Below, in pieces: positions 52,116-64,000 of a DNA stretch of 64,000 nt. This stretch comes from the human T2T-CHM13v2.0 reference genome, Homo sapiens. The position numbers and the translations under genes were made by a program. The stretch lies in the NCBI RefSeq assembly GCF_009914755.1, contig NC_060939.1. One strand, 5' to 3'. How positions within the stretch are numbered: position 1 is the first letter of the stretch; every line of letters begins with the position of its first letter. Under the pieces are notes generated by a model that saw only the letters and a list, made by a program, of their open reading frames with translations, made no database searches and was not told where the DNA came from.

Positions 52116-55100
52116 AGATAATTTTTCGTTTAGAAAAACCTACCTGGGGGAATATTCTAACACCCAGTTTGGTGCCTCTTCTGTGAAGTCATCCTCAAGC
52201 AGCCTCCTTCCCACAGTGCCACTGCTTTCTCCGTGGCACCAGTTGCATCTCTGTTCTGCCACTGGCACTGCAGTTAACTTCCTCTCTTGTCTGCCCTGCA
52301 AGGCTGTGAGCTCTTCATTCATCTTTATGCACAGCTTCTGGCACACAAGACGCACTCACATGTTTGTTAGCTGATACAATGAAAGAATGAGCCCTAGAAC
52401 ATATGTTTCCTGAATCCACTACATGTACCACTTTTTGCTTTGAGTCCCTGTACTCGAAGATGCTCACATTGTAGCTAAGAGGCAGAATAGTAACGGGATA
52501 ATGATGCCCATGATGTAGGAAGAACAGATGAATCTCCGTTATAGAAGAGTTCCAAATAATTTAGGAAGAGAAAGAAATGCCTACTCTCTCTACTTTAGAG
52601 AACAGCATAAGTTTTGCAATGAGAATGTGTCAGAAAAGTGCTTTAAAAATATGTTCATCCCAAGAAAGATGCAAATAGTACTGGGACCAACTCCCCTCCT
52701 CCTCCTCCTTCCTGCAAATATACCTGGCCCAGTATATGTAACTCCTGAAACTGTTACGGTCATCAAAACCAGGGAAAGTCTGAGGAGCTGTCACAGCCAA
52801 GAGGAGCCTGAGGAGCAATGATGACTGAATGTAATGTGGTATCCTGAATGGGATCAAGAGCTGGAAAAGGACGTTAGGTAAAAACTAAGGAAAGCTCACT
52901 TCCAGATATTTCCAGTCAGAGACTTTATTACTTCATTTAAGGCTTTTAGTCTTTGAAATCCTCAGGTATGATGACTTATCTGGAGGCATACACTTGATTT
53001 ATCAACTAAAGCCTTAGGTTTCTCACTCTGGTGAAGGCAGAACCTGGAGACCTGGCAATAGGAGGCACATCTTAAGGGAGGTTAGAGGATCTGATCAGTT
53101 CATTGATCCTAGAAATTGACGTTCAAAAGATGAGGTGGGCCTAACTTGATTCATTTCCTCAGAGGCATCACACACATTTCAGGATTACACTCCAATCCTA
53201 CCTAATAACAGTGTACAGATTAAGGAGTGCTAGGTTCTCATTTGCAAGGAAACTTTGTGAGCAATAGATTTGCAACTTTGTTTATACATTGACATTTTTC
53301 ATAGGTTGAATCTGAGAATACTTACAAAAGCACATAGAGTAAAATAAAAAAGATATTTCTAAAAGATCATAGGAAATATAAATGTAAATAGAATCAATTC
53401 TGGGGATAGTGAGGACAAATAGAACCCAGCTGTGTAGTCCAATAATCTTGAAGGTGAATTAGAGATGTAGTCCTGAGACTTCTGGCAAAGTGAAAAAGGA
53501 AACACGATCAACTTCATGACTTTTGTTGTCCATAAGGAAAAAAAAAAACCCAAAACATTTCCTCAGGGGAATTAAAGCTTCTCTTGACATATAATGCTGG
53601 AAGTTATACCCAAGTTTCCTTGCTAGCCTGGGGACCTGGGGACCCATGAGCAGAGAGAGGAGGTAGATGCTGAGATCCAGGCATGCACACTGTCATCTCT
53701 ACATGCCTCAGGCCCACACATCACTGAAGAAGAAACAATAATTGTCCCAGAGTCTTGAATACGCCATCAGGTATGGGCATTTTATTTCCAGATTTTACTT
53801 CCTTACTGTGAAGTATGAGATAACATCTGTCCTTCTGCACGTGGGATAAGGGGACGAGTCTAGCTGCTAAATGTGAGTGTATGAGTATGATTCTGAGGTC
53901 TGGTTTGATACCAGGAGTTAATAAGATAAAGAACATAATAAATACATTAGACCAATATTAGTACTTTAGATAGTGAGTTTATGATTTCAAATTTGCAGTG
54001 AAGTTAATGCTGGTAAAGTTGAATCATATTGATCCTCTTGCCTTTCTTTTGAAAATATTAAAATTTAAGTAAGAGCTGAAGAAGATGATCCTTACAAGTC
54101 TGCAGTCATTCAGAATTACTCCACTTGTGCTCTCTTCTTTTGACAGGGTTACTAGGCAAGGAGATTTGGGCCACAGACAGATTTTGGAAGGAGCTTTCTA
54201 GTGATGGATGACAGGACTCTTGGTCCTGTCATGTTAACTTGTTTTTCATGACATAAAGACACAGAAAGCATGCTTATCAAGACTGTACGTGACCCAAAGC
54301 AGGCAGAGACAGCCCAAGTACAATATGGCAGAACCAAGATTCACAATGATCTCAATGGTCAGAAACAAGGGATTAAAAATCAACTTGATTAAACTGAAAA
54401 GAGATACATGGTATCTGCTGTTTCTTTTTCTTTGCGTTTTGGGGATTAACTATAGAATGAAGACGCATGAGTTAGTAGGACTTCTGGATGATCGTAAGCT
54501 CCACTCCCTGGCAGCAGCACAGATACACTCATGTGTATAAGGAAACATGCTATCAAGTTTTAGAAACCTTTGAAGTACCATTTAGTGGATTTAGTGAGAT
54601 TGCATATTCTCAGATTCGATGCTGTTCTTTCCATCTGCTATGGTTATAATAGGTGCATAGTTACTTTCCACAATCAGAGGTTTTCAACAAATAAAAAGTA
54701 GTTATGGAGCTCCAATTGTATATATGACATTGGTCCAGGTACTGGAGCTAAGAAGATAAGCAAGACATAGTCCAGATCCCCAAGAGAACCAGGCATCTCT
54801 CCTAAATATGTGTAGATGAGGGATGGATTCATGTACCACATGTGTAACCCCCAGTACCTAGAAGAATGAGATGGACAATAAGTGCTAAGAGAGAGATTTG
54901 AAAACACTGATTGGGGTATGAACCTGAAAATCACTTAAAAAATAAATCTGCAAAGCAAGGGATGTAGGCTCCAAAGACCGTCATTTTTATATGCCTGTGT
55001 TCTTGCCATTTAAAAAGTTTTACATTTATAGGTTCAACTAGTGACTTACTATTCTCAAGGCATAGCCATCAAATGAATATTTCTAACTGGATAGTGTGTG

Positions 55101-57164
55101 AGTGGGGAGGGGTTGAGAAGGATCTGTATTCTGAAATGGAGGCCAAGAAGCTTTGTTTATGATGGAAGTACAGAGGTGGAGTTCTCGTTCTCTTCTACAT
55201 GTCTCTAGGACCCTCCTGTGGTTCTGTTGAAATCCAGGCTGTGAAAGAGTCCACCTCTGCCACCACCCTTTTTCTTTGTTCCTTTTTTCTCCTCTGCACC
55301 TGGATTCAGCATTTAACACCCTTCATTTATGAGCAACTTATAATAAACTACTCATATGTGATTAAGCCATTAAAAATAGAAGTAGAAAATGTAAAAGCAG
55401 GAGGAGGGATGGATTTTGTTTTGGGAATCGGCCCAATCCCATGAACTTTCTGTTCTTTCTGTTTGGGGCTAAATGGTCCCGATTCTTCATTTCAGACTAA
55501 TTGCAAACTGGTGTGCATTACATTTTCCATCCCAGAACAACTGGATTATGGCTTTCTGTTCATTCCTGAACTCTAGCCACTTGCAATGGTGCACAGTGTT
55601 CAGCTGGCATCTCATCCAGCAGATTTTGGCCAAGGGTGTTCCCTGGAAACTCGAGTGTCTAGGCATGAGCTCAGACACTGGCGTGTTTGCCATCCCTCTA
55701 AATGTCTCCATGTGCTTCATGTATAATTCTAACTGTAAAGCCAGAAGGTAGCTCCTCTTCTCTGCATGCAGTAGCTTTCTCATTGCTCCTGTCTTAGGGA
55801 TTTATCACTCATTCCTTGTATGACAGGAACCGTGAAGATTGTTTTCATCACCTCTACTGGAAATGGCTTGAATGAAGGTCTTTTAAAAATCTTTCTTTAC
55901 ATCCTTCTGGGGGCTTTATAGGGTAGAGGATCAGTTCATATAACTTGGCTATACCCTGTGGGTCCTTAAACCATGATGCTTCCTGTAGCTTTTACAGGAA
56001 GCATTTCCTGTGAAATCTCTGAAATAGTTTTCACGTGTAACTTAGAAACCAGCTGTCAGCAACTCATTTGCATGGTATCATCAGTATCCTTTTTGCTTTC
56101 TCAGTCAGCTCATTTACCACCATGCCTTCCAGTTGGTGTTGGTCTCATTACCAGCATCTTGGTGGATTGTAAGATGCAGTGACTCTGGAACCTCTGCCAG
56201 CTCTGAGACCTCGAGGTGGCATTGAGCTGTCTTGTGGGAAGGCCTCCCTTCTGTGTCAAGTATTCCTCATGGTTATTACCAGCTTGTTTCTTTAAAATCA
56301 AATGTCTCGTAAAATGTGAATTTCTGGTTTTATACCTGCAATGATTCAAAAACAGCCTTTGTTTGCCCCTTTGACCTAGGAACACCATTAAGGAGAGAAA
56401 GAAAGGATGACAGTAAATAATCAGCCCTAGGGACTCTCCGTCTAGGAAAATACAAAGGTATAGCCACTCTACTGTTTTCAAGCTCTACATATGAGAGCAC
56501 TGATGAATGATTTTGGGGAGGCACTTATAAGCACCAAGTAAGGGTGTTAAATGAATCCACATTGTCTTGGGAGGTGTTTCACATGACTTGGAGTGTGACC
56601 AGCCCTATTTTCCCTGATGTAGATAGACTTTAATAAAGCATTAGGTCCCAGTGCCATTGTAAATTTTGTTAATACCAAGTGAAGGCCAAGGGAATTGGGA
56701 AGACATCTATTTTCATGTGAAAACATAACTTTGGAAGCACATAAAGCAACTAATTGACAAAAAAAATGAAAGCATATTTCCAGAAGGCCAAGAATGTCTT
56801 GGCAATCCAGATAAATGCTGTTTGTAAAAGCAAAACTGATAACCAGGAATGACTGTGGAATGGAGCCTCATGAACTCCAAGATAAGATAAATGAGTGAAA
56901 GACAGGAGGAGGGAAGTGTGTGTTTCCTGGGAAAATGTTCTCAGGGTTATTCTAAAGCTCACTTAGACAGGCTTACCAAGGCGACAAATACATTAAAAAC
57001 AAAACAAAACCCTCCAAACAGCCTTATTTCCTTACTTGTAGGGCCTTAAAACCAAAACGTGACTGTTTCTCAGAAAATCATGGTAATTTTTAACAGAATT
57101 ACCTATTGAGAAGTTCAAGAGTTGTGCTTGACCTGATATTTGGGTTGAGCCCTGCCTTCTACTC

Positions 57165-57427
57165 TAGGGGTCCCCAGCCCTCAGGCCATGGACTGGTATA
57201 GGTCTGTGACCTGTTAGGGACCAGGAACACAAACCCTATTGTTAACTGTGCATGCGAGGGATCTAGGTTGCATTCTCGTTATGAGAATCTGTAGTAACTA
57301 ATGCCTGATGATCTCAGATGGAATGGTTTAGTCCTGAAACCATCCCTCCCCTCAACCTCCGCCGATCCATGGAAAAATTGTCTTCCCCGAAACTGGTCCC
57401 TGGTGCCAAAAAGGTTGGGGACTGCTG
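57165..57427. mobile_element. MER1B-like hAT-Charlie element
   Basis: Terminal inverted repeats (c/t)aggggtcccca ... ttggggactgctg; 8-bp TSD ttctactc/ctttactc. Confidence 0.88.
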
Positions 57428-59078
57428 CTTTACTCCATTCCAAGTCTGTCTTGTAAAGGAATGATCAAGAAAGAGGTTGGTGGCCTTTCGCTAGTAGTTG
57501 GGGTGGTAGGTGGTATATTGTAGAGGATGAAAGCATGAGCCCTGGAGTCAGACTCACATGGAATCCTGGCTGTGTGCCTTGAGTCAGGACACCTCACTGG
57601 TTGGAGCCCCTGTTTCCTAATCAATAAAATGAGGATAATTACAGAGCCCAGCACACAGAGCACAGTGAGGGTGAAATGAGCCCATACATTCAAGACTTGG
57701 TAGCACAGTGTCTGGCCACCAACAGATGGGTGCTGATAGACTCAGAGAGGGGAGAAGAGCCAGGGGCCAGGCACAGCAACTGCTCTGTGGTTGCTGAGTC
57801 CGGCAATGCTGAGAAGGATGGCAGTTGCATCCACGTTGTGTGGAAGCAGCACTTCAGCAATCCAAACAGAGCAGCAGACCCCAGGAATGGGAGTCTGACG
57901 CCCCCGAGGCCCCACATCCTGCTGTGTTTGGTGGTATGGGGATGGCTGGGGACTGATATCCCAGCTGGTGCAGGCCCAGGGATCTTCTGGCAGGTCTCTG
58001 TAAGTGCCTGGTGCATCTGGTGACTTCAAACAAAGGGCACCAGTGACAGCGTTGGTCCAACAGGAAAGAAGGCCTTTGGCAAGAGGGCCTCTTTGTTTGC
58101 TCCTGTGTGTGTGCACCTTGTCTGCCCTGACAGGCGGAACTCACTGTTTGTTTTGTGGAACAAAGAACAGGCCTCGTTAGATTGGAGTGGGAACTGGGGG
58201 CAGGTAGGGGGAGCAGGGTGGGGCGGGTGGTGGCAGGGTTCCTGTTGTGACAGCACACTCCAGGAGAAGCGTCTGGCATGTGTCTCTTGGCCTCAGCAGG
58301 GGAAAAAGAATAAAGACACATTCTCATGCTTCAACTTTGATCCTGCAAAGTAAAAGTCTGCAGACAAGGGTCTTGAGTGGCCTGAACCTCTTCACTCTCT
58401 GCTTCTTATTTAACATAAATAGGAAAATTATTGGAGCTAGCTGCTTACCACAGAATGAGGTGAAAGAGAGGGCTACAGTTTCCAGAAATGCAGCAGTTCC
58501 ACAGGAATGGAGGGTGTGGGTGGGCCAGGCAGAGGGGCAGGCCCTGCGGAATCTGGAAATGTTGGCTTCAGCTCAGGCCACAGGAGCTGAGCATGTATGC
58601 TGTGCAGCAGAGATGCGGGCTTGCACCCATGCACACACGGGCGGCGGCCTGTAGGAGTCCTGCAGGGAAGAAGCCCAGCCGTTGTATAGGGAGGCATTTC
58701 TTTCTCACATTAGTGGGCACTTCCATTTTCCTGGTGCCCTCAGTGTCACGCTGAGAAGAGTGTGAAAGACATTCTCTGTACACTTGAGGATCAGAGGTGG
58801 GGATGGTCTAGATGGAAAACAGAATTGAGCAGAAAGCAGCCCGTCCACAGGTACCACACTGTGGCATGTGCTGTTTTTTTTCCATCTGCACTGCCTTTCC
58901 CTTCCCTCTGTGTGTGGCACCAAGCACTCTGCAGCTTTACCCGTCTCACCCAAATAGAGTTAAGGCTCCCTCACCTCCTCTTCATAGCATTGGGTTCTTG
59001 TCTCCACTATAGAATATATAGTCTTGTGTTGTGCTTTGTTTTTTCACATCAGTTGCTCATACTTAGGTTGATTGGTGA

Positions 59079-59347
<269 letters not shown>

Positions 59348-59389
59348 GTTTTTGTTTGTTTATTTGTTTTTTGTTTGTTTGTTTTTTCT

Positions 59390-60070
59390 TTTTTTGAGTA
59401 TTTACTTGTGGCCAGACACTGTATTAAGCCTATGAGCAAAAATGGATGCATGCTGTCTATCCTAAAACGTTTACAGAAAACATAAGAAAAAAATCATACA
59501 AGTAAATAAAAATCGCACCCATGACAAGGCTTATGGAGGAGAGGGGCTAGGATTTGACCTCATTTGTGTGGTCAGGGACCATTTCCTTGAGGAGGTGAGG
59601 ATTGGTAGAGAGGAGGCAGAGTCTTCAGGCAGACACGCAGAGGCCCTGGGGTGGGAGGAAGTATGGTCCAGGAGGAACTTTTTTTTAAAAGCCAGTAGAA
59701 GGATGGGGTGGGTGAGGAGGAGGAGTGTGGTGTGAGATGGGGCTGGAAGGGTACGTAGATGATACAGACATTGGGGACTGAATTAAGGAGATTTGTTTTT
59801 TATTTTTGCGTTTATCCTTAAGAGCGCAAGAAGGCCACTGAAGCATTTGGTGGAGGGTGACATGATCTGATTTGGGATTCAAAATAATTTCTCCTGCCCC
59901 AGTGTGTGGGGATGGATTGGAAAGGGCAGAAGAGGGGATGTGGGTAGACCAGCTTGGAGGGTCTTGCTGTTGCCCAGGAAGGAAACGTTGGCAGCTTGGA
60001 GTCGCATGGCAGTGGTAGAGGTGGAGAAAGGAAGAAAGAACTGAGATAAACTTGGGAACTCATGAAATAA
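59390..60070 (-). mobile_element. L2 LINE fragment
   Basis: ttgagtatttacttgtggccagacactg...gaaggccactgaagcattt...gtgacatgatctgattt. Confidence 0.7.
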
Positions 60071-60079
60071 AGTTAATGG

Positions 60080-60378
60080 CTTTTTTTTTTTTTTTTTTTT
60101 TTTGGAGACGGAGTCTCACTGTGTCACTCAGGCTGTAATGCAGTGGTGTGATCTTGGCTCACTGCAACCTCTGGCTTCCAGGTTCAAGTGATTCTCCTGC
60201 CTTGAGTAGCTGGGATTACATGCTTGTGCCACCACACCTGGCTAATTTTTGTATTTTTAGTAGAGGCGGGGTTTCACCATATTGGCCAAGCTGGTCTGAA
60301 ACTCCTGACCTCAAGTGATCTGCCTGTCTTGGCCTCCCAAAGTGCTGGGATTACAGGCGTGAGCCACAGTACCTGGCC
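60080..60378 (-). mobile_element. Alu (S-type)
   Basis: Dimer; TSD atggcttt. Confidence 0.95.
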
Positions 60379-61264
60379 TACATGGCTTTTCTTATTATGT
60401 AACTTATCAGAGTCTTTAATATGTGGGTTAATGTAAATTGTGATTCTCTGAGAAAGGACTCGACCACAAGAATTTTCCACAGTGTGACCGGGCCGCAAAT
60501 CTTTTTTCAAAGAATCTTCCACAATATTTCATTCCATAGCATACTTCTGGGGAAATACTGCATTACATAATTGATTCTTTTTTGGGTACTTTCCACAGAT
60601 AGTTGTAGATATTATACCAAGGTCTGTAATTGGGAATGGGCCTGACCCAGTACAAAGAGGAATGTGTTTGACACAGGGTTTGAATTGAAGCCTTGGGCAG
60701 ATCAGATGGAATAGGTAGACTGAATTCAATTTAGGAAGGTTTTGGAGGCCAGGCTGAGGGGAGTTTGGATGCATTTTGTTGTGTGTTGGGAGTCGTTCTG
60801 GGCTCTGAGCTGTGTCATGGTGGAAGTACCATCTTGGCTAGGTCATTCTGGAAGATACCTGGTAAATGGGTTGGGTGGTGAGGTGTGTATTGGAGTTGGG
60901 CAGCCTTGCTTTCTAGCAGTGACTGGATGAGAACCTGGGTGTGGGGAGTGGGAATGGGGAGTGAATCTTTGGGGTTGAGAAGGAAGTGTGAGATGTTTTC
61001 CTTCATACCCTTTTCCTTTGGTGGGTGGCCACTGTCAACAGCTGAAAACAAGAGAGGCTCTTCTGTGTTTTTCTGAGGCCAGATAAGCATAAGGAGACCC
61101 TTGCGGCCCGTGGGTTCCTGTGCAGCACTGGCAGAGAGGCCGTGTGTTGGGAATGGTGCTGCCATTGTCAGGGAGTGGGAGAGGAATTACTTACGTTAAT
61201 AGATGAAGCCTGAGGAGGAGGTTAAGTTGGCATCAAGGCCATCAACTTCCCGCCACGGCTGAGA

Positions 61265-61345
61265 TGTCCCTGTGTGACTTTGAACAGGCCACTTAACCTC
61301 TCCAGGCCCCAGTTTGCTCATCTGGAAAATGAGAGGCTAGAACGA
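61265..61345 (+). mobile_element. MIR core fragment
   Basis: ctgtgtgactttgaacaggccacttaacctctc...cagtttgctcatctggaaaatg. Confidence 0.7.
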
Positions 61346-62029
61346 ACGTCAGGCCCCTCCTGAGCTGGAATTCCAGCCATCTCGGGGAACTGAACATTGT
61401 TAATTAGGGCAATCATTTATCAGGGTCAGCAAGAGCCTGTGCTCCCAGAGAACTATCAGTTTTGTGAAAAATGTGGATTGAGAATGAAGACTTTGGGAAA
61501 AAAAAAGTGTGGAGCGTTCAGTTCACCCATTCCTCTGAAATTCAGGCATCTTTTCTGAGGCAAAGATGTAACAAAGTGAGGCCGACTTTAGCCAGGACAG
61601 ACTTTTTAGCAATGCAAAGGTAGACAGCATCCTATGAATGAATGAATCGGCTAACTGAATGCTTATTTTAGGAACAGAGGGCGCTAACATTTTATTTTTA
61701 TGTGAGGTGTTTGGAAGTTGAAGGAATTTTCTCACAGAGACATTGTTATGAATTGAGGCTAGGTTCTCAGGCCAGCTAACAATAGTTGATTTAGCCCATG
61801 ACACTGCTAAAATAGTGTGTATTAACTGTAAAGTATAGAATACATGTGTGGTGGGAGAATGCGTGTGTATGCTTGGGGAGTATCACAGGGTATTAAATAC
61901 CTAGACACATAAAAACCTCTATCAAGCTGATTAATTCAGTAACCTTGGATCGTGATTGTGCTATGTACCAGGTGCTGGGCTGGGCACAGAGTGGGATGGA
62001 GGCCCTGCCCAGAAGGGCTCCTGGTGTGG

Positions 62030-62272
62030 TTTTCAGCCTGTGGGCTCTCAACTCTGGCTGCCTGGGTTGGCTCCTGGCTCTGCTGCTTATACCTATGAGC
62101 CCCTAAGCAAGTGACTTACCTCTCAGTACCTCAGTTTCCTCACTTAGAAGCAAAGGATTATAACAGTTAATAGCAGTGCCTCCCTCAGCGGGAAGCCGAA
62201 GAGAATTCAGTGAGATGACTCATGGAAAGCACATAGCTGGTGTCTGGCATAGACTGAGCACTCAGAAAATCT
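62030..62272 (+). mobile_element. MIR SINE
   Basis: cctggctctgctgctta...gcaagtgacttacctctcagtacctcagtttcctca...tctggcatag...agcactca. Confidence 0.78.
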
Positions 62273-64000
62273 AGTGATGCCTGCCTAGGCAGAGAGCCCT
62301 GTCCTCAGGGGGTGCAACCAGCAACTTACCTGCGGCAATGTGGGGAGTTAGGCTTATTGTCCAGTTCCCCAGGCATAGCCTGGCATGGGATGGGCTGAGA
62401 GGTGGAGACGGGGTGTTGGCCATAGAGGGAGAGAAGAAGTGGGGAGCAGGAGGAGGGTAAGGGAAAAGGGTGTTGTCTGATTTTCCCCCAGAAGTCAAGG
62501 TACAATTTGCCAGCAAAAGGGATGGGGTTGGGGCAAGAGGTGACCTCTAGGAGCCATCCGAGAGCTGCACAGGAGCCAGAGGGTTATTGGAGGCCCCTAG
62601 ATGGGGAGGAAAGAGGAAAGGGACTGGCAGCTAAGGAAGAGATGGAAGCAGCAGTGGGACCCCAGCAGCAGTGCCCTGACTGCCACCGTGGATCCTGCAG
62701 CGGCACTCACAGGGGGGAAGTTCTGGGAAGGGTCCCATGGGTGTCTGTGTGTCTAGAGGTGGTGGGGACTTCCTTTGGTTGGTAGTCTTTAGTTCAAGCC
62801 CCAGGTTTTATCTCTAGCCTCTGTGTGGGGTCTGACTATTCTGTTCTCTGGGAGAATGTTCAGGAGCCTAGAGCAGTTGGTAATCAGGATGCTGATAGGC
62901 CCAACTTGCAGGGAGCGTTGTTTTGATTTTGGCCCCCATGCTTTGAGAGAAGACTTAGTACAACCTGCCAGTGAGTGAGGAAGGACCTTGGACAGTTTAG
63001 CCTAAGAGGAAAAGAAAGACAGGATGGTATGAGGGTGGGTTTTAAGTTTTTGGAAGGCTCTCGTTTGGAGGAAGGACACACTAAACCATCCTCAGCTGGT
63101 CTCAGTGATATTGTAGGAATGCAGACATCAGCTCAGTGTGAAGGAGGAGTTTCCATGCCTGAGAGCTGTGGGAAAATGGAAAGGCTTGTTTTGAGAGGCA
63201 ATGTGTTTCCAGCTCCCGGGGCAGAGGCTGAATGGCTGCTTATCTTCCAGAGATATGGGGGAAGGTGGAAGGAAGTGTTAGAAATTCAAATTAGGGTTTC
63301 AACCTGAGAAAGTTGGTGTCTTAAATAATGCTGATGTTCTGTGACTTTATGAATGGGTAAGATGAATGAAATACAGGCCTGTTTTAATTTATCTGGAGAA
63401 ATGGAAACTTTGGTAGGTCAGAGAGAGGAAATAACCTTTATCTGCCATGCAGATAATTGCAGAGATGGCTATGACCTTAGAGACCTCAGACCAGTGTGCT
63501 CATGAGCCTGTCTTCAGGCAGTGATTATTTAGATTTCACTTATGAACATGTTGAACTTTCTCTGGGACTTTAAACTCTTTAAAAATGGCACTGTACCTTG
63601 TTCAAGTTGTATATTCAGTGACTGTAGATAATCAATGGTGGATACTTCAATCCTTAATTGGATTCTCTTCTCTGACATTTTATAGTCATGGAAATGAGGC
63701 TCGGAGAAGTTGTGACTGCCTCAGGTCACAGACCGACCCAGGGGCTGCCCTGGGACCAAGACACCCACTCCTGCTCAGCCTCCAGTGTTCCTTCTATTTA
63801 GTCCACTTTCAGAGGTCCCAGTGCAGTTGGAATATGTCAGTACCAGGCATAGCATTTCATTAAGCTACCGCCTAAGGACGCACCATGTGGGATGCTTTTA
63901 GCGTGTGACTAGGGATTTTGTGGCACATGGCAGATTTTCCTAGATGTGAAGTCTATTACTCTGCAGAGCCTCGCTGTAACACCATTAATTGTCAAAGCCA

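Noticed and set aside
57676-58783. Many overlapping 100-157 aa ORFs on both strands
   Set aside because: Expected in GC-rich sequence; no recognisable domain or coiled-coil character, and no convincing splice-site pairing.

Overview
Human (primate) genomic DNA from inside the CGNL1 gene (cingulin-like 1 / paracingulin / JACOP), transcribed on the + strand. The window starts inside the large head-domain exon and contains six further coding exons. All have GT-AG boundaries and join into one open frame: end of the globular head, then the start of the coiled-coil rod. After 22734 a very long intron runs past the window end. Introns are filled with Alu, old L1 (L1M) and L1PA fragments, L2, MIR, three solo THE1/MST LTRs with target-site duplications, an MLT1 LTR and hAT DNA-transposon relics. 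A full-length processed pseudogene of RIDA (HRSP12/UK114) with a single +1 frameshift sits inside an L1 at about 49.3-50.35 kb. The best unexplained signals are: (1) a candidate alternative last exon at 39204-39381, in frame with the preceding CGNL1 exon, whose stop codon lies inside an AATAAA followed by a GU-rich element; (2) an in-frame alternative 5' splice site extending the 3215 exon by 31 codons; (3) a stop-free 600-nt four-exon block flanked by inverted Alus (possible rolling-circle circRNA); (4) a dense AP-1/ARE/ETS/TEAD motif cluster at about 46.85 kb; (5) a sense THE1 LTR with an intact DUX4 motif and splice donor; (6) a polyadenylated retrocopy of an LTR 3' end; (7) several local duplications. 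No prokaryote-type system (CRISPR etc.) is present. Repeat subfamily names and exon numbering come from recalled consensus sequences, not a database run, and repeat boundaries are approximate unless TSDs are cited.
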